The notes below the pieces were generated by a model that worked only from the letters and a program-made list of their open reading frames with translations, was not told the DNA's origin and searched no databases. From assembly GCA_963848135.1 (NCBI GenBank), contig CAWKCK010000003.1:248001-312000 (forward strand): a stretch of DNA of 64,000 nt. The letters are read 5' to 3'. This stretch comes from an uncultured delta proteobacterium (GTDB lineage Bacteria; Desulfobacterota; Desulfobacteria; Desulfobacterales; SG8-13). The position numbers were made by a program, and so were the translations under genes. Position 1 is the stretch's first letter, and every line of letters begins with the position of its first letter. This document shows, one piece after another, positions 17,269 through 28,446 of the stretch.

Positions 17269-19677
17269 ATGACCTCCCCCTCGGCCGAAAGCATTCCAAA
17301 ATCGCCCAACCGGTGGATGATCGTTTTTATCGGTCTTTTGCTCCTTGTGGTATTGGCCTTCGTCGGCTTTGGTTTTTATGTCAACGAGAAGTACCACAGG
17401 GTTGCCTCACCCCTGAGTTCTTCACTGAGAGAAATCCGGCTCGAAACCACCGAAGCGCACGGTCTGGTTGAAAGAATCCTTGATGGTGACGCGCTGCGTG
17501 ACGTTTCCTCTGTCTGGTTCGAGTTGGACCAGGCTTTGGACCGTTTTCGGCAGGATCTCGAAAAGCAGGAACACGCCGTCGAGGTGCTACTGTCCCTCGG
17601 TCCGGCTCTCAGTCTTCTCGATCACAACAAGCGCCTTGCGGAAGAAATCGACGCCTATAAAAAATCGGTGGACCGGCAGTTTAAAGAAGACACGGCCGCC
17701 GACCATGATTACGAACACAAATACATGGCGGTCCTGGCCCGGTTGGACGATATGGAAATGGTCATTCAACAGTTACGGCAGAAAGACCTGCAGTGGTTCC
17801 GTTTCCTCATGGGTGGCGGTGTCGGTGTCTGCATTCTGTTGGCCTTTTTGATTACGGCAACCATTCGCCACTACGAAAAGCAGAAAACGGCCCACTACGA
17901 CGCTTTGAACCAGGCCCGCGAGGAATTGGAGACCAGGGTCGAGGCGCAGGCCCTGACCGAAGAAGCGCTGCGACAGACCAGTAATCTCTTTCAGACCGTG
18001 TTCGAGACCAGCCCGGATGCTGTGATCATCACTCGGGTCGAAGACAGCCTCATCATTGATGTCAACACCGGCTTCACGGTATATACCGGTTATGACAGAG
18101 GAGAAGTGATCGGCCGATCGGTTATTGACATGGACATTTGGACAAACCTGGATAATCGCAATGCTTTTCTGAACGAAGTACTCGAAAAAGGGTTCGCAGA
18201 AAACTGGGAGGCCGTTTTCCGCACCAAAGCCGGCAGCCTCCTCACTTGCCTGCTTTCTTCAAAAAAGATTGACATCAACGGCGAACCGCATCTTCTCACT
18301 GATGCACGCGACATTACCGACCGCAAGCTTAATGATAAAAGGATACGGGCGGCCAACACCTTCCTTCGGATCACCAACCGCCACTCAATTATGAGACCCC
18401 TGCTGAAGGAGTTTATCGCGGAAATCAAAGAACTGACGCAATGTTCGGCAGCGGCCGTGCGGATCATGGATGAAGAGGGCATGATCCCTTACGCCGAAGC
18501 CGAGGGATTCAGCAACGATTTCTGCCGCCTGGAAGGCGATCTTTCGATCCATTCCGACGGGGGAATGTGTGCCCGGGTAATCAAAAACGATCCCCATTCC
18601 CTGGAACCGTATTTCACCCAAAACGGCTCGTATTTCGTCAAAAGCACGTCGGCGTTTCTCGCCACGGCCACGGAAAAGCAAAAGAGCTCCCTGCGCAACA
18701 CCTGCCACCGGTTCGGCTACGAATCCCTGGCCCTGATCCCCATCCGTGCCGGGAATTCCATCCTCGGCCTGATTCACGTGGCCGATGAAAAGCCGGACGC
18801 CATCACTGCGGATGTCGTCGACATCCTGGAGAGTGCAGCCCTACAGCTCGGTACGGCCATTCAGCGTGTGTGCGCCGAGCAGGCCTCGAAAATTGCTTAT
18901 AAAGAACTGGATGATCGGGTCCGGCAGCGCACCGAAATGCTGACCCTAACCAACGAGCAAATGATGAGGGAAATCGAGGAGCGTAAAATCGCAGAACAAG
19001 CGTTAATCGATCACCAGGACCGCTTGCGCCGGGTGTCCACCGAGCTTCTGCAGACCGAAGAGCGTGAACGCCGACGGATTGCCACTGAAATTCACGATCG
19101 TATCGGACAGACCCTGGCCGTGACCAAAATACAGCTGGGGGCTCTGAAGGCGGCTTTGGAGACAGACGATAAGGTTGAGATGGTAGAGGATATCCGGCAG
19201 TTGATCACCCGCACGATCAAGGACACCCGCACGTTGACCTTCGAGCTCAGCCCGCCGGTGCTCTACGAGCTGGGGCTTCAGGCGGCCCTCGAATGGCTGG
19301 CCGAATCCGTTAGGCAGCAAACCGGCTTGATTGTGACGGTCGAAAGAGACGACATTGTCCCAACCCTGGAAATCAGTCGTCGGGTGTTCCTGTACCAGGC
19401 CGTGCGGGAGTTGACGTTCAACGTCGTCAAGCATGCTGCTGCCGAAAAGGCTGTCATAAAAATCAGCGGCAATTCATCAAGTGTCAGGGTTCACGTGATC
19501 GACAACGGCCGGGGATCGGATCCGTTGCAGAAGTCAACGGAGCTGAATCAGAAAGATCCCGGTTTCGGCCTGTTCAGCATCCGCGAACAGATTCAGTCTT
19601 ACGGCGGTCGGTTCGAGGTGACCTACATGCCAGGTAGCGGGACACAGGCGACCATTACCATGCCGTTAGAGACATAG
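17269..19677 (+). CDS. Membrane sensor histidine kinase (2 TM, PAS, GAF, NarX/UhpB-type HisKA_3, HATPase)
   Basis: ERERRRIATEIHDRIGQ H-box, ELSPPVLYELGL, NVVKHA, DNGRG, GFGLFSIRE. Confidence 0.93.
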   Translation: MTSPSAESIPKSPNRWMIVFIGLLLLVVLAFVGFGFYVNEKYHRVASPLSSSLREIRLETTEAHGLVERILDGDALRDVSSVWFELDQALDRFRQDLEKQEHAVEVLLSLGPALSLLDHNKRLAEEIDAYKKSVDRQFKEDTAADHDYEHKYMAVLARLDDMEMVIQQLRQKDLQWFRFLMGGGVGVCILLAFLITATIRHYEKQKTAHYDALNQAREELETRVEAQALTEEALRQTSNLFQTVFETSPDAVIITRVEDSLIIDVNTGFTVYTGYDRGEVIGRSVIDMDIWTNLDNRNAFLNEVLEKGFAENWEAVFRTKAGSLLTCLLSSKKIDINGEPHLLTDARDITDRKLNDKRIRAANTFLRITNRHSIMRPLLKEFIAEIKELTQCSAAAVRIMDEEGMIPYAEAEGFSNDFCRLEGDLSIHSDGGMCARVIKNDPHSLEPYFTQNGSYFVKSTSAFLATATEKQKSSLRNTCHRFGYESLALIPIRAGNSILGLIHVADEKPDAITADVVDILESAALQLGTAIQRVCAEQASKIAYKELDDRVRQRTEMLTLTNEQMMREIEERKIAEQALIDHQDRLRRVSTELLQTEERERRRIATEIHDRIGQTLAVTKIQLGALKAALETDDKVEMVEDIRQLITRTIKDTRTLTFELSPPVLYELGLQAALEWLAESVRQQTGLIVTVERDDIVPTLEISRRVFLYQAVRELTFNVVKHAAAEKAVIKISGNSSSVRVHVIDNGRGSDPLQKSTELNQKDPGFGLFSIREQIQSYGGRFEVTYMPGSGTQATITMPLET

Positions 19678-19828
19678 TAGTATATCGTTTCGTAAATTTG
19701 ACTCTTACCACAGCGCTCTGTGGTTAAAAAACATTATGCATAGTATGTCACCTTAACTAGTGCCCATCCACGATTGTTGAAAAAATCGATGGATACATGT
19801 GTAGGTGTCCGATTCCTAAATGAGTAAT

Positions 19829-19926
19829 TTTTTCTCTGGGCAAGACCGCACAAGGGTTTTGACCGCAAGCGTAGCATGGCTACGTTGAGGATCAAAACCC
19901 GCGGAGAACGCCGCTCAGGGGAAAAA
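19829..19926 (+). repeat. Rod-like hairpin element (MITE/structured-repeat family)
   Basis: Nested stems ttttctctgggc/gctcaggggaaaa, gggttttga/tcaaaaccc and cgtagc/gctacg. Confidence 0.65.
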
Positions 19927-19939
19927 GGACCATTAATAA

Positions 19940-20611
19940 ATGGACATAGAGGAGGAACAGTTGCCCTACCGCGTACTATTGGCAGACGACCACAAGATCA
20001 TTCGTGACGGCTTGCGGTCACTGCTCGAAAAGGAAACCGACATGGTCGTGGCGGGCGAGGCCGAAAACGGCCGCAAAGCCCTGCAACTGACCCGCAAACT
20101 CGACCCGGACGTGGTCATCATGGACGTCAGCATGCCGGATCTGAACGGCATGGACGCTGCGCGGCAGATTCTCAGCGAACAGCCAGGTGTTAAAATCGTG
20201 GCCCTTTCCATGCATTCTGAAAAACTCTATGTGGAGGGTATGCTCAAGGCCGGGGTCTCGGGCTACCTGCTCAAGGACACCGCCTTCGAAGAGCTGGTCA
20301 AGGCCATCCGGGTCGTGTGTGCCGGCAAAAAGTACCTCAGCCCCGATATTACCGATATCGTCCTGCAGAATTATCTACATCCCGCCGCCACAACCGACGA
20401 CCAACCCGCCATTTCGCTGACCACCCGGGAGCGGGAAGTGCTGCAGCTCATCGCCGAGGGTCGTGCCACAAGGGAGATCGCCGACAAACTTCACATCAGC
20501 ATCAAAACCGTGGAAACCCACCGCAAAAACATCATGGAAAAGCTCGACCTTCGCACCGTGGCCGAGTTGACCAAGTATGCCGTGCGCAAAGGGATTACCT
20601 CTTTGGAATAA
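19940..20611 (+). CDS. NarL/LuxR-family response regulator
   Basis: [42 protein letters not shown]. Confidence 0.95.
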   Translation: MDIEEEQLPYRVLLADDHKIIRDGLRSLLEKETDMVVAGEAENGRKALQLTRKLDPDVVIMDVSMPDLNGMDAARQILSEQPGVKIVALSMHSEKLYVEGMLKAGVSGYLLKDTAFEELVKAIRVVCAGKKYLSPDITDIVLQNYLHPAATTDDQPAISLTTREREVLQLIAEGRATREIADKLHISIKTVETHRKNIMEKLDLRTVAELTKYAVRKGITSLE

Positions 20612-20732
20612 AATTTTCGCCAAAGACGAAAATTTATGTGGGTGTTGGTGGGATCATTTATCCAAAAATAAGAACTTGACGATGTGTGTGGTAAAATGTG
20701 TATGATTTTTTTCAATAACAATTTTTAGGCAT

Positions 20733-20932
20733 ATGGCACAAACATAGAGATTGATGACTTGATGGATGAAGCTTTTTCATTCAGCAAAGCCAAGACGAAA
20801 AAGGATTTGATTCACGAGGCTCTTATGGCGTTCATCCGGCTTAAAAAGCGGAAAGATTTGACCGAATTGGCCGGTCACATCCAGTTCAGCAAAAATTATG
20901 ACCACAAAAAAATACGGACGCTCAGAGGATGA
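20733..20932 (+). pseudogene. vapB: VapB-type antitoxin (frameshifted near the start)
   Basis: M.TNIEIDD.LMDEAFSFSKAKTKKDLIHEALMAFIRLKKRKDLTELAGHIQF..YDHKKIR; stop overlaps the next ATG (ATGA). Confidence 0.7.
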
Positions 20933-21310
20933 TCCTGGTTGACACATCCGTGTGGATTGAAATCTTGAAAGATCAGAACGGTGACATCGTAAAGGCATTC
21001 CAGGATAGAACCGCGCTCTAGGACACCGTCCTGACGCGCTTCAACCAATGGAACTCCTCCGGGTGCGAGAGGCAAAAGAATGGACCGTCGCTGAGCGATT
21101 ACCAACCGACGCACTATTATTGAGGCTTCAGAAAACTGGCGGGAGGTGCAAGGATTTATTCAGGGCTCAGGTCGCCGCGGGCAAAACATCAAGAGTCGCG
21201 ACGATTGCTGCTCGCCCAGATGGCTAATGGAAAATATTGTGTTCTTCTACATAGGAAATGGATCTGATCTGTATCCATAGTAAATTCACCAGAGCTTTTA
21301 TTGGCGATGA
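20929..21310 (+). pseudogene. vapC: VapC/PIN-domain toxin (in-frame stop and frameshifts; end approximate)
   Basis: Begins MILVDTSVWIEILK, a classic PIN N-terminus; TAG at ~21018 and later indels. Confidence 0.7.
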
Positions 21311-21353
21311 TCATAAACCTAAATGTATTTTGATGAATGGGCGCAATCTGATT

Positions 21354-21816
21354 ATGAAACGATATTGGATTGCAGTATTATCCGTTTTAATTTTAATATC
21401 TTTCGCCTCCTCCGGTTTGGTCCTGCCCGTTTGAGCTACCGACAATTCGAGTCACCGTCAAAGGGCACGATCTCAACATCGAACTGGCGACGACCCCCGA
21501 AATGCGATCCTGCGGTCTTTCCCACCGGACGAGCCTGCCGGCAAACCGGGGCATGTTGTTCGTTTATGCGGAACCCGAGATCCTGACGTTCTGGATGAAG
21601 GACACCCATATTCCGCTCTCCATCGCTTTTATTGATGCTGACAATCGGATTGTCAGCATTCAGAAAATGAATCCCTACCCGATCACGACGGTCTACGCAT
21701 CGCCCATCCCGGCGCTCTATGCCCTGGAAGTCAACCAGGGGTGGTTCGAAGAAAAAGGTATCGGTGTTGGAGACGTTGTCGAATTCAGCCTGCCATTCAC
21801 GCTGAACATTCGATAG
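21354..21816 (+). CDS. DUF192-family exported protein (frameshifted as read)
   Basis: Signal-like MKRYWIAVLSVLILISF; ELATTP; GL..R, GMLFVY, FWMKDTHIPLSIAFID, YALEVNQGWF..GIGVGD. Confidence 0.8.
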
Positions 21817-21880
21817 AAGTGGACCTACTAAAGCGGCAAAAAGTACGAAGATACAGTTTCTGGATTGTAGAAATAAATAT

Positions 21881-22159
21881 TCACCGCAAAGGCGCAAAGA
21901 GCGCAGAGTTTATTTTTCTTTATGTTTTCCGCTGAGACGCCGGAAAACATAAAAAGCTATCGCCTATGGCGAACAGAAACGAATAGAAAGCGTCAAGTTT
22001 ATCAGTATTTCCATATAGTTAATGTGGCAAATCGTTGATGTTCATTAATTCTGCCCGAAGGGCAAGTTGCTTTTTGCTTTTCGGCGTCTCAGCGAAAAGC
22101 AAAAAAAAATTTCTCTGCGTCCTCCGCGGCTCTAGCGAGCGAATGCGAGCGGGCGGTGA
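21881..22159. mobile_element. MITE-like element with TCACCGC/GCGGTGA ends
   Basis: Terminal inverted repeat, subterminal gcgcagag/ctctgcg, and mirrored internal hairpins ttttccgctgagacgccggaaaa and cttttcggcgtctcagcgaaaag. Confidence 0.7.
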
Positions 22160-22253
22160 GTTTATGTCTAAATGACAATGACCTCATTAGAAGCCATCTC
22201 AACCAAATCTTTTCGCCCGATATCCGCTGACCCTCTCCAAAATCCAACCGAAA

Positions 22254-22296
22254 ATCAGGTGTTTTCTCCTCCGATATCAGGGTTCCCCCGATTGTC
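22254..22296 (+). promoter_or_regulatory. Putative NarL-type operator (ATCAGG x2, 22 bp apart)
   Basis: atcagggttcccccgattgtc is 20/21 identical to 23064-23084. Confidence 0.55.
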
Positions 22297-22361
22297 CTTG
22301 CACTAATAGATTCTGTAGATTGAGGCAAAAGCGACATCGGAAAATGTTGCGGCCCGAAGAG

Positions 22362-22394
22362 AAATCCCCCCGGCCCCCTTTGATAAAAGGGGGA
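22362..22394 (+). repeat. REP-like element
   Basis: aaatccccccggccccctttgataaaaggggga. Confidence 0.7.
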
Positions 22395-22603
22395 GAAACT
22401 AACAGCATCCACGGTGTTTGTTGAAATCCGATTAGGGCCAAAGGCTTAGGATTCAAGGATTCGAGTGGGCTCGGGTTCAGGTAGAAAATCTATTTAAGCC
22501 TATCCTTGAATCCTTGACTCCTTGGACCCTTTGGGAGTCATCAGGGCGGGCGGCCCAATGGGTAACAGGGGGATTTAACACCCACTCCAGAGCAAGTAAA
22601 TGG

Positions 22604-23019
22604 ATGGCAGAGATGACTATCAGGGTGCTGCTCGTCGACGATTCCTGGGAAGTCCGCGAAAGACTGCGAATACTGCTGCTGCAGGAGCCAGACATCGAGC
22701 TGGTCGGTGAAGCCGTCAGCGGCGAGGAGGCGCTCGAAATGCTCGAACGGTTGCCCGCCGACGTGGTGGTCATGGACCTCAACCTGCAGGAGATCAGCGG
22801 CATCGAGACCGCCAGACGAATTCTTCTGGAAGACCCGGTATCCGGGTGGTCATCATCTCGCTGCAGTCCGACCCGAATTACGTCAAAGCAGGCTTCAGGG
22901 CCGGGGTGACGGGCTATCTGCTCAAAGACTGCGCCTTCGAGGAGCTGGTGGAGGCGGTCCACATCGTGGCCGGCGGCGGCTCGTACGTCAGCCCCGAGAT
23001 CGAGATCGGGGTGCCGTAA
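22604..23019 (+). CDS. Stand-alone NarL-type receiver protein (one frameshift as read)
   Basis: IRVLLVDD..VVVMDLNL..; after a shift at ~22838 continues IRVVIISLQSD..GYLLKDCAFEELV..YVSPEI; no HTH. Confidence 0.8.
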
Positions 23020-23084
23020 GTCAGGAGAAACCGGCGCAAAGATCAGGGATTTGACTGAAATAAATCAGGGATCCCCCGATTGTC
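23020..23084 (+). promoter_or_regulatory. Putative operator array upstream of the multicopper oxidase (TCAGG x3, 22 bp period)
   Basis: gtcagg at 23020, atcagg at 23042, atcagg at 23064. Confidence 0.6.
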
Positions 23085-23178
23085 GAGATTACAGTGATCA
23101 ACTTACTTTGTCGATACAGCGCTATTTGTTGCGTTCGGCATGCATGCAATCTTTCAAGGATACGTGAGGAGGAAAAAA

Positions 23179-25563
23179 ATGACACAACAACTTTCACATT
23201 CCAACCGATTCTGGCGTTGGGGTATTTTCAGCGCCGCATTACTTTTCTATCGCCGGCAGTGTGACCGGCGTCCTGGCCCAGGCGGTGCCGGGCGGGACAC
23301 TGGACCCGCGACGATTCCCAAGTACGTCACACCGCTGGTCATCCCGCCGGTGATGAAGAATACCGGAACGGCGCAACGACTACGACATCGCGGTGCGCCA
23401 GTTCCAGCAGCAGATCCTGCCGGGCGGCATATGGAAGACGTCGTCAACGGCCGTGACCGGACTTGCACTTCCCGGCGACCACGGTGTGGAGCTACGGCCC
23501 TGCCGCTGACCCGCTGCCCGATTCTCGGCTCTGGGCGGCGCGGTCGGCTTGCACCGGCACCCAACTCTCAGTTCAACTACCCGGCCTATCACCGTGGAGA
23601 ACACCATCGAACAGACGACCACGGTGGACTGGATCAACGACCTGGTGTGATCCGATGCTTGTAACGGCACTCCGGCGACCGATCCGCTGCAACTTCATCC
23701 CCCACCTGCTGCCCATCGACCAGACCCTGCACTGGGCCAACCCGGAGTTGATTGCTCTGCATGGACGGCTCGAACAGGATTGCCGCCTGCCGGCACAACG
23801 GAGCCATCCTGCACAGCCCTACATCGGGCCGGTACCGATCGTCACCCATGTCCACGGCGCCCATGTCGGTCCGGAGAGCGACGGTTACCCGGAAGCCTGG
23901 TGGCTGCCCGGCGCCAACAACATCCCGACCTGGATATGCCACGAGGGGACACTGGTCAACCAGTACGGACACCGACCAACGAACACTACCCGGTGTGGCG
24001 AGCTTCACTACCCCAACGACCAGCCGTCGACGACCATCTGGTACCACGACCACACCCTGGGCATGACCCGCAACAACGTCTACGCCGGCCCGGCCGGTTT
24101 CTGGCTGATCCGCGAAGCCGGCGGCGGCGAGACAGGCTGGTTTCCGGCACGCTGCCGGGCCCGGCGCCGGTGGCAGGCGAAGCTTGACCCCAACTGCCGG
24201 CCCGCTGGATCAGGGAGAAGTATCCGCGAGATCCCCATCGTCATCCAGGACCGTTCCTTCAACGCCGACGGTTCACTGTTCTATCCGGACAACCGCGCCT
24301 TCTTCGAGGGCTATCACGCCAGATACCAAGCTGGCAAGATCCCCTTCATCGGCGATGCCAAATATCCCTCGGACATTTCGCCCATCTGGAACCCGGAGGC
24401 CTTCTTCAACACCATGGTGGTCAACGGCGTGACCTGGCCGAATCTGGATGTGGAGCCCGACCTGTACCGCTTCCGGCTCCTCAATGGCTGCAACTCGCGC
24501 TTCCTTAATTTAGCCATGCGTCGTTGTAAACCCCGACGGAACGACTTGGAGCAGAAGTCCCATTCTATCAGATCGGCGCCGAGCAGAGCCTGTTGCCTAA
24601 TGTTGTCAGAATTCACTGGCTTCAAGGCCGTATACCAGGTGATGGCTCTCAACCATTTCCTGAATCCGGACGCCGGGCGACCCGCAGCAGGCCCTGCTGA
24701 TGGGTCTGGCCGAACGGGCCGACGTTATCGTCGACTTTTCGGGCCTGCTCCCGGCACCCGCGGTGCGCATGATCAACACCGCGCCGGACGCGCCTTTCGG
24801 CGGCTTCCCGGACATCCCGGCCGACCCGGCCACCACCGGACAGGTGATGGAGTTCACGGTCTCGGCTAGCGGACACGACCAGCTGGCGGAGGCGATTCAC
24901 TGCACCTGAGGACCTGGTGCTGAGCCTGCCGGATTTTAGCGATCCCGCCAACGGCACGGCATTCGACTGTGGTACGCGGACCTGGCGCTGATCGAAGAGG
25001 AATCCGTCGATCAGTCTGCGTCACCGTCCGGCCTAACGGTGTGATCAGCTATGATAAGAATGCAATGCCCGATCTTGCCAATCCCGGGACCTGCGTCGAT
25101 AAAAAGGGCAAGCTCGCGAAGTCGCGTACCCTTCGCACCCAAGGCCGCGGTGCTGGATAAACGGCGCGGCTGGTGGCACGGTGACCCTGTGGTCGGATCC
25201 GATCGAAACGAACCCGGCACTTGGCGCGACCGAGACATGGGAACTGTGGAACTGGACCGTCGACGGGCACCCCATCCACCTGCACTTGGTGAAGTTCAAG
25301 GTGGTCAATCGGGAGGTCTTCGATCCACTGACCGGCGCGCTGTCAGGGACTGCCTGGCCGCCGGAGGTCACGGAGGCGGGCTGGAAAGACACCGTGATCG
25401 CCTACCCGGGCGAGGTCACCCGCGTCAACGCCACCTTCGACATCGCCGGCCTGTACGTCTGGCACTGCCACATCGTCGAGCACGAGGACAACGAGATGAT
25501 GGTGCCGTTACTGCGTGGACAATGGACCCGGCTGCGATGTGGTGCCTTAGGTCTCTGCTATGA
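23179..25563 (+). CDS. Exported three-domain multicopper oxidase (CotA/bilirubin oxidase-like); many frameshifts as read, end approximate
   Basis: GAGGAGG RBS and ATG 23179. All four Cu motifs are present across frames: HVHG, WYHDH, HPIHLH, WHCHIVEHEDNEMM. Confidence 0.88.
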
Positions 25564-25595
25564 ACCAGTCGGGGGAGTTTCCCCGCTGAAAACCA

Positions 25596-25620
25596 GGGCC
25601 GCCTGCGGGCGGCCCTTTTC
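25596..25620 (+). terminator. Intrinsic terminator after the multicopper oxidase
   Basis: agggccgcc-tgcg-ggcggccct followed by a T-run. Confidence 0.7.
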
Positions 25621-25706
25621 CCAAGCACGAAAGGTCATTATTTAAAAAGATATTTGAACAACAAGAAATAGTAGGTAATAATCACGATCGAAAGGTAAGT
25701 CACAAA

Positions 25707-26448
25707 ATGCTCTGGTGTCGTTTTTCCGTCAGTTTTCTGCTCCTTCTATCGACGTAGTCCCTTGGCCGAGGAAGCACTAAAACTCGAAAGCGAGACCGAC
25801 CGCATCAGCTACAGCCTCGGCCAACAGATCGGCCGTGACTTCAAGCGCCAAGGGGTGGAGCTAGATGCGGCGGCGTTGGTGCGTGGCTTCAAGGATGCCA
25901 CACCGGCGCTGGGCCCGCATTGGGCCGGGAGGAGATGAACGCCATCCTCGCCAACCTCAAGGGCCGGATCAGTGCCGCCCAGCGCGAGGAGGCGCAGGAG
26001 CGCTGGGCGCAAAAACAGAGGGAGACCGAGGAGAAACGCAGGAAGGGCCAAGAATTTTTGGCCGAGAATCGGTCAAAGCCCGGCGTGAAGACCCTGCCGA
26101 GCGGGCTGCAGTACAAGGTCATCAAGTCCGGTAGCGGTAAAAAGCCGGGCCCGCAGGATGTGGTCAGGGTGCACTACCGGGCCCGGCTGCTCAACGGCCA
26201 CGAATTCGACAGCTTCGTATAGCGGCGAGGGTCCGGTTAGCTTCAGCGTTAGCAAGGTGATCCCCGGCTGGACCGAGGCCCTGCAGCTCATGCGCGAGGG
26301 TGCCAGGTGGGAACTCTACCTGCCGCCCGAGCTCGCCTACGGCAGACGCGGGCCGCTGGCCGACCAGACCGTCATCTACGAGATCGAGCTGCTCGGCGTC
26401 GGCGAGGACAGCCAGGCGACCGGATGCTCAAACGGCGTCCAATGGTAA
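25707..26448 (+). CDS. FKBP-type peptidyl-prolyl isomerase (Mip/FkpA-like), frameshifted as read
   Basis: DRISYSLGQQIG; GQEFLAEN..GVKTLPSGLQYKV; VHYR..EFDS; VIPGWTEALQLM..WELYLPPELAYG. Confidence 0.88.
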
Positions 26449-26493
26449 AACCCAATAAATACGAAGTAAACCTAAAAGAGGCGAACAAACGAG

Positions 26494-26850
26494 ATGAGAT
26501 TACTATTAACAATCGTTGTCGGTGTTAGCTTGATCGGTACCCCCTGTCTGGCAGAGGAAATGGCGGACCTCGGAAGTGAGAAAGCCAAGGTCAACTACAG
26601 TGTCGGTTACCAGATCGGAGACGATTTCAAGCGCCAGGGGGTTGAGATCAATCCCGAGGCCTTATTAAAGGGGATTCAGGATGCCCTTTCCGGTAAAACT
26701 CCCCTGATGACCGCAGAGGAGCAGCGCACCACGCTGTCAATCTCCAGCGGAAAGTGGTTACGCAGCAGGAGCAAGACGACGCCAAACAGGTCCAGGAGTA
26801 AGGTGAGCAGAGACCCTGGTGGAATGACTCCGATATTCAAGTGGATTTGA
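26494..26850 (+). CDS. FKBP N-terminal (dimerisation) domain-only exported protein
   Basis: Signal peptide; KVNYSVGYQIGDDFKRQGVEINPEALLKGIQDALSG; no PPIase domain follows. The 3' end is probably frameshifted. Confidence 0.75.
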   Translation: MRLLLTIVVGVSLIGTPCLAEEMADLGSEKAKVNYSVGYQIGDDFKRQGVEINPEALLKGIQDALSGKTPLMTAEEQRTTLSISSGKWLRSRSKTTPNRSRSKVSRDPGGMTPIFKWI

Positions 26851-26887
26851 CTCGTAAATGTAGCGAGTCGAAACCCTGCAAAAAAGT

Positions 26888-27701
26888 ATGAAACAAGGAA
26901 AAAAATGGACCGTAGATTTTATTAGATCGGCGCTGGTTTTTCTGGCATTTGTTTTTACTGCTGTAGCTGCAGAAGCGAAGATCATTACCAAATCCGTTCC
27001 CTACCAGTCCGAAGGCATGAAGCTGGAAGGCTACCTGGCCTACGACAATGCCGTCAACAGAAAAGAGCCCGGGGTTCTGGTGGTGCACGAGTGGTGGGGC
27101 CTGAACGACTCGATCCGAAAGCGGGTCGATCAGCTCGCATCCATGGGATACGTGGCCTTTGCACTCGATTTGTACGGCATGGGAAAAACAACCACCGATA
27201 TTTAAAAGGCCACCAAAATGCTGCGCATGGTGCAGATGAACGGGTACCGCTGGCACCAGCGCGGATTGGCCGGACTCGAAGTCCTCAAAAAGTTTGCCCC
27301 AGGTCGACTCTCAGCGGATCGCCGCCATCGGTTACGGCTGGGGCGGGGCGACACTTCAACAGCTGGTATTCAAGGGGGCCGATATCAAGGGTGCGATGCT
27401 TTTTGGCTCTTTCATTCCACCGACTGCCGATCAAGCGACAGCGGGTGAAGGCAAAAATTCTCGTTTTACAGGGCGCGGCAGACCCCTATCTCGACTCCGT
27501 CAAATATTAACAGATTACATTGAAGCAATGGACAAAACCGAAATAGACTGGCAAATGGTCCTATTCGGCGGCGCCAAGCACGGCTTCAGCGACCCCAATG
27601 CCGCCCAATACAGTATGAAAGAATTTGATTACAACGAAGCCGCCGACCGGCAGTCCTGGAAGCAGGTGGCTTTATTTTTAAAGGAACTGTTTGCAAGATA
27701 A
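26888..27701 (+). CDS. Exported dienelactone hydrolase-family protein (stop and frameshifts as read)
   Basis: PGVLVVHEWWGLN, GYVAFALDLYG, IAAIGYGWGG (nucleophile position is Gly, not Cys), GAKHGF, AADRQSW. Confidence 0.82.
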
Positions 27702-27774
27702 ACGACAGATTCAAAATTGAACGAACGCCACCAAGAAAGCGAATATTACCGTTCTATGAAAAAGAGGGAAAATC

Positions 27775-28120
27775 ATGAATGCAAGCACAATGGTATTTAC
27801 TTTTTTCTGATTGACGGCCGTCTCTGAGCATACTTGTCGGGTCGGCGTTTGCAGGCGGATCGGCTGAAAAAACTAACGAACAGACAAGCAAAAATGTCGA
27901 GATGCTTGAAGGGGTAATGTCAATCAAGGAAGGCCATGGTGACTTTCTGGTCCGGTTGCCCGACGGTAAGGCGCAGCGGTTCAGCGTAAAGACAGATGCC
28001 GAGATTACCCGCAACGGTAACCCGGCACGCTATAACGAGCTCAAGGTCAGCGACAGCATCCAGGTGCAATACGACGGGTCGACGCGCAAGGTCATCGCGA
28101 TTCACGCGAATGGACCCTAA
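27775..28120 (+). CDS. Small exported hypothetical protein (frameshift near the 5' end)
   Basis: GAGG RBS and ATG 27775; signal-like SILVGSAFAG; C-terminal beta-rich ITRNG..LKVSDSIQVQY. Confidence 0.55.
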
Positions 28121-28161
28121 GTACGCCTATTCATCATTAGAGTGACGAAGTAGCGTTTTTT

Positions 28162-28380
28162 CCCCACGGAGACTCAGGACACAGAGAGCATTTATTTAAC
28201 GTTTGCCGTTGAGAGGATGCCAAACCCAAAGGCTAATCCGTATAAAATGCCATAATTTTGTCCGAATGGCAGCGTTAATAAAGTTTAACGCCTTTTTCAT
28301 CAAAGATCGTGTGGTCTTGATTTTCTGACCTCACAGTAGAAAGTTAAAAGCAAAGCTTCTCTGAGGTTCGAGGGAGGCAG
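28162..28380. mobile_element. Degenerate member of the 21881-type MITE family (limits approximate)
   Basis: cacggag..cacagagag start, gtttgccgttgagaggatgccaaac hairpin, ctcacag and cttctctg near the end. Confidence 0.4.
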
Positions 28381-28446
28381 GGGTTGATATAATTTTCGTA
28401 CGATACTGTCACTTTATGTAATAGAAGATTATTCTTCAGGAGCAAT

